A stretch of 10,352 bases of DNA from Paraphysomonas bandaiensis (lineage: Eukaryota; Protista; Chrysophyceae), in contig CBFFRP010000588.1 in NCBI GenBank assembly GCA_965644295.1, positions 1 through 10,352 on the forward strand, in the 5' to 3' direction. Position 1 is the stretch's first letter. Every line of letters begins with the position of its first letter. Shown piece after piece: positions 10,001-10,352 of the stretch. A model generated the notes under the pieces. It was given only the letters and a program-made list of their open reading frames with translations. It was not told the origin of the DNA and made no database searches. The position numbers and the translations under genes were made by a program.

Positions 10001-10106
10001 GATCGATTGAATAAGTGATGTGATTTGGAAACAATAATATTACTGATATGAATATGTGTGTATGTGATGCGATGATAGCATGAAGCTCATAAGACTAACA
10101 GCACTG

Positions 10107-10143
10107 CACACACACACACACAAACATACATACATACACAACA
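10107..10143. repeat. (CA)n + (ACAT)n compound microsatellite
   Basis: (CA)8 at 10107-10122 followed by ACAT units. Confidence 0.85.
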
Positions 10144-10198
10144 TGCAGATCCGTTACAATATCTCATCGACAAAATACATTGTATACCCGGTATACAT

Positions 10199-10327
10199 AT
10201 GTATGTATGTCTGTATGTCTGTATGTATGTATGTATGTATGTATGTATGTATGTATGTATGTCTGTATGTCTGTATGTAGGTATGTATGTATGTCTGTAT
10301 GTCTGTATGTATGTATGTCTGTATGTG
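10199..10327. repeat. (GTAT)n microsatellite with GTCT variants
   Basis: About 32 units of 4-bp period, with interspersed GTCT units and one GTAG. Confidence 0.95.
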
Positions 10328-10330
10328 TAC

Positions 10331-10352
10331 TACGTAACTGAAACGGGGAAGT
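10331..10352 (+). other. Probable Oxford Nanopore ligation-adapter remnant (technical)
   Basis: TACGTAACTGAAACGGGGAAGT matches the ONT Y-adapter bottom strand GCAATACGTAACTGAACGAAGT (recalled from memory) from its fifth base onward, differing only by homopolymer expansions. It lies exactly at the end of the sequence. Confidence 0.8.

Noticed and set aside
9106-10280. Plus-strand ORFs 9106..9336 and 10080..10280
   Set aside because: They are antisense to gene B and/or composed of microsatellite translation.

Overview
Eukaryotic (protist-like, standard genetic code) genomic DNA with two convergent spliced genes between tetranucleotide microsatellite arrays. Gene A (+, about 1522..8054, 6 exons, about 2073 aa) encodes an IQ motif, three diverged copies of a ~350-aa ARM/HEAT-like helical module and a 13-aa tandem-repeat linker. 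One of its introns (7429..7485) is in frame and stop-free, so it is hidden inside the long ORF. Gene B (-, about 10000..9056, 5 exons, about 224 aa) encodes a charged coiled-coil protein that the ORF track almost entirely misses. Most introns are short (46-72 nt; one is 110 nt) and GT-AG. The 5' end is a (GTAT)n/(ACAT)n fold-back palindrome followed by 1.3 kb of (ACAT)n. The last 22 nt look like an Oxford Nanopore adapter remnant, so terminal structures may be technical artefacts. No prokaryotic system, CRISPR array, RNA gene or mobile element is supported.
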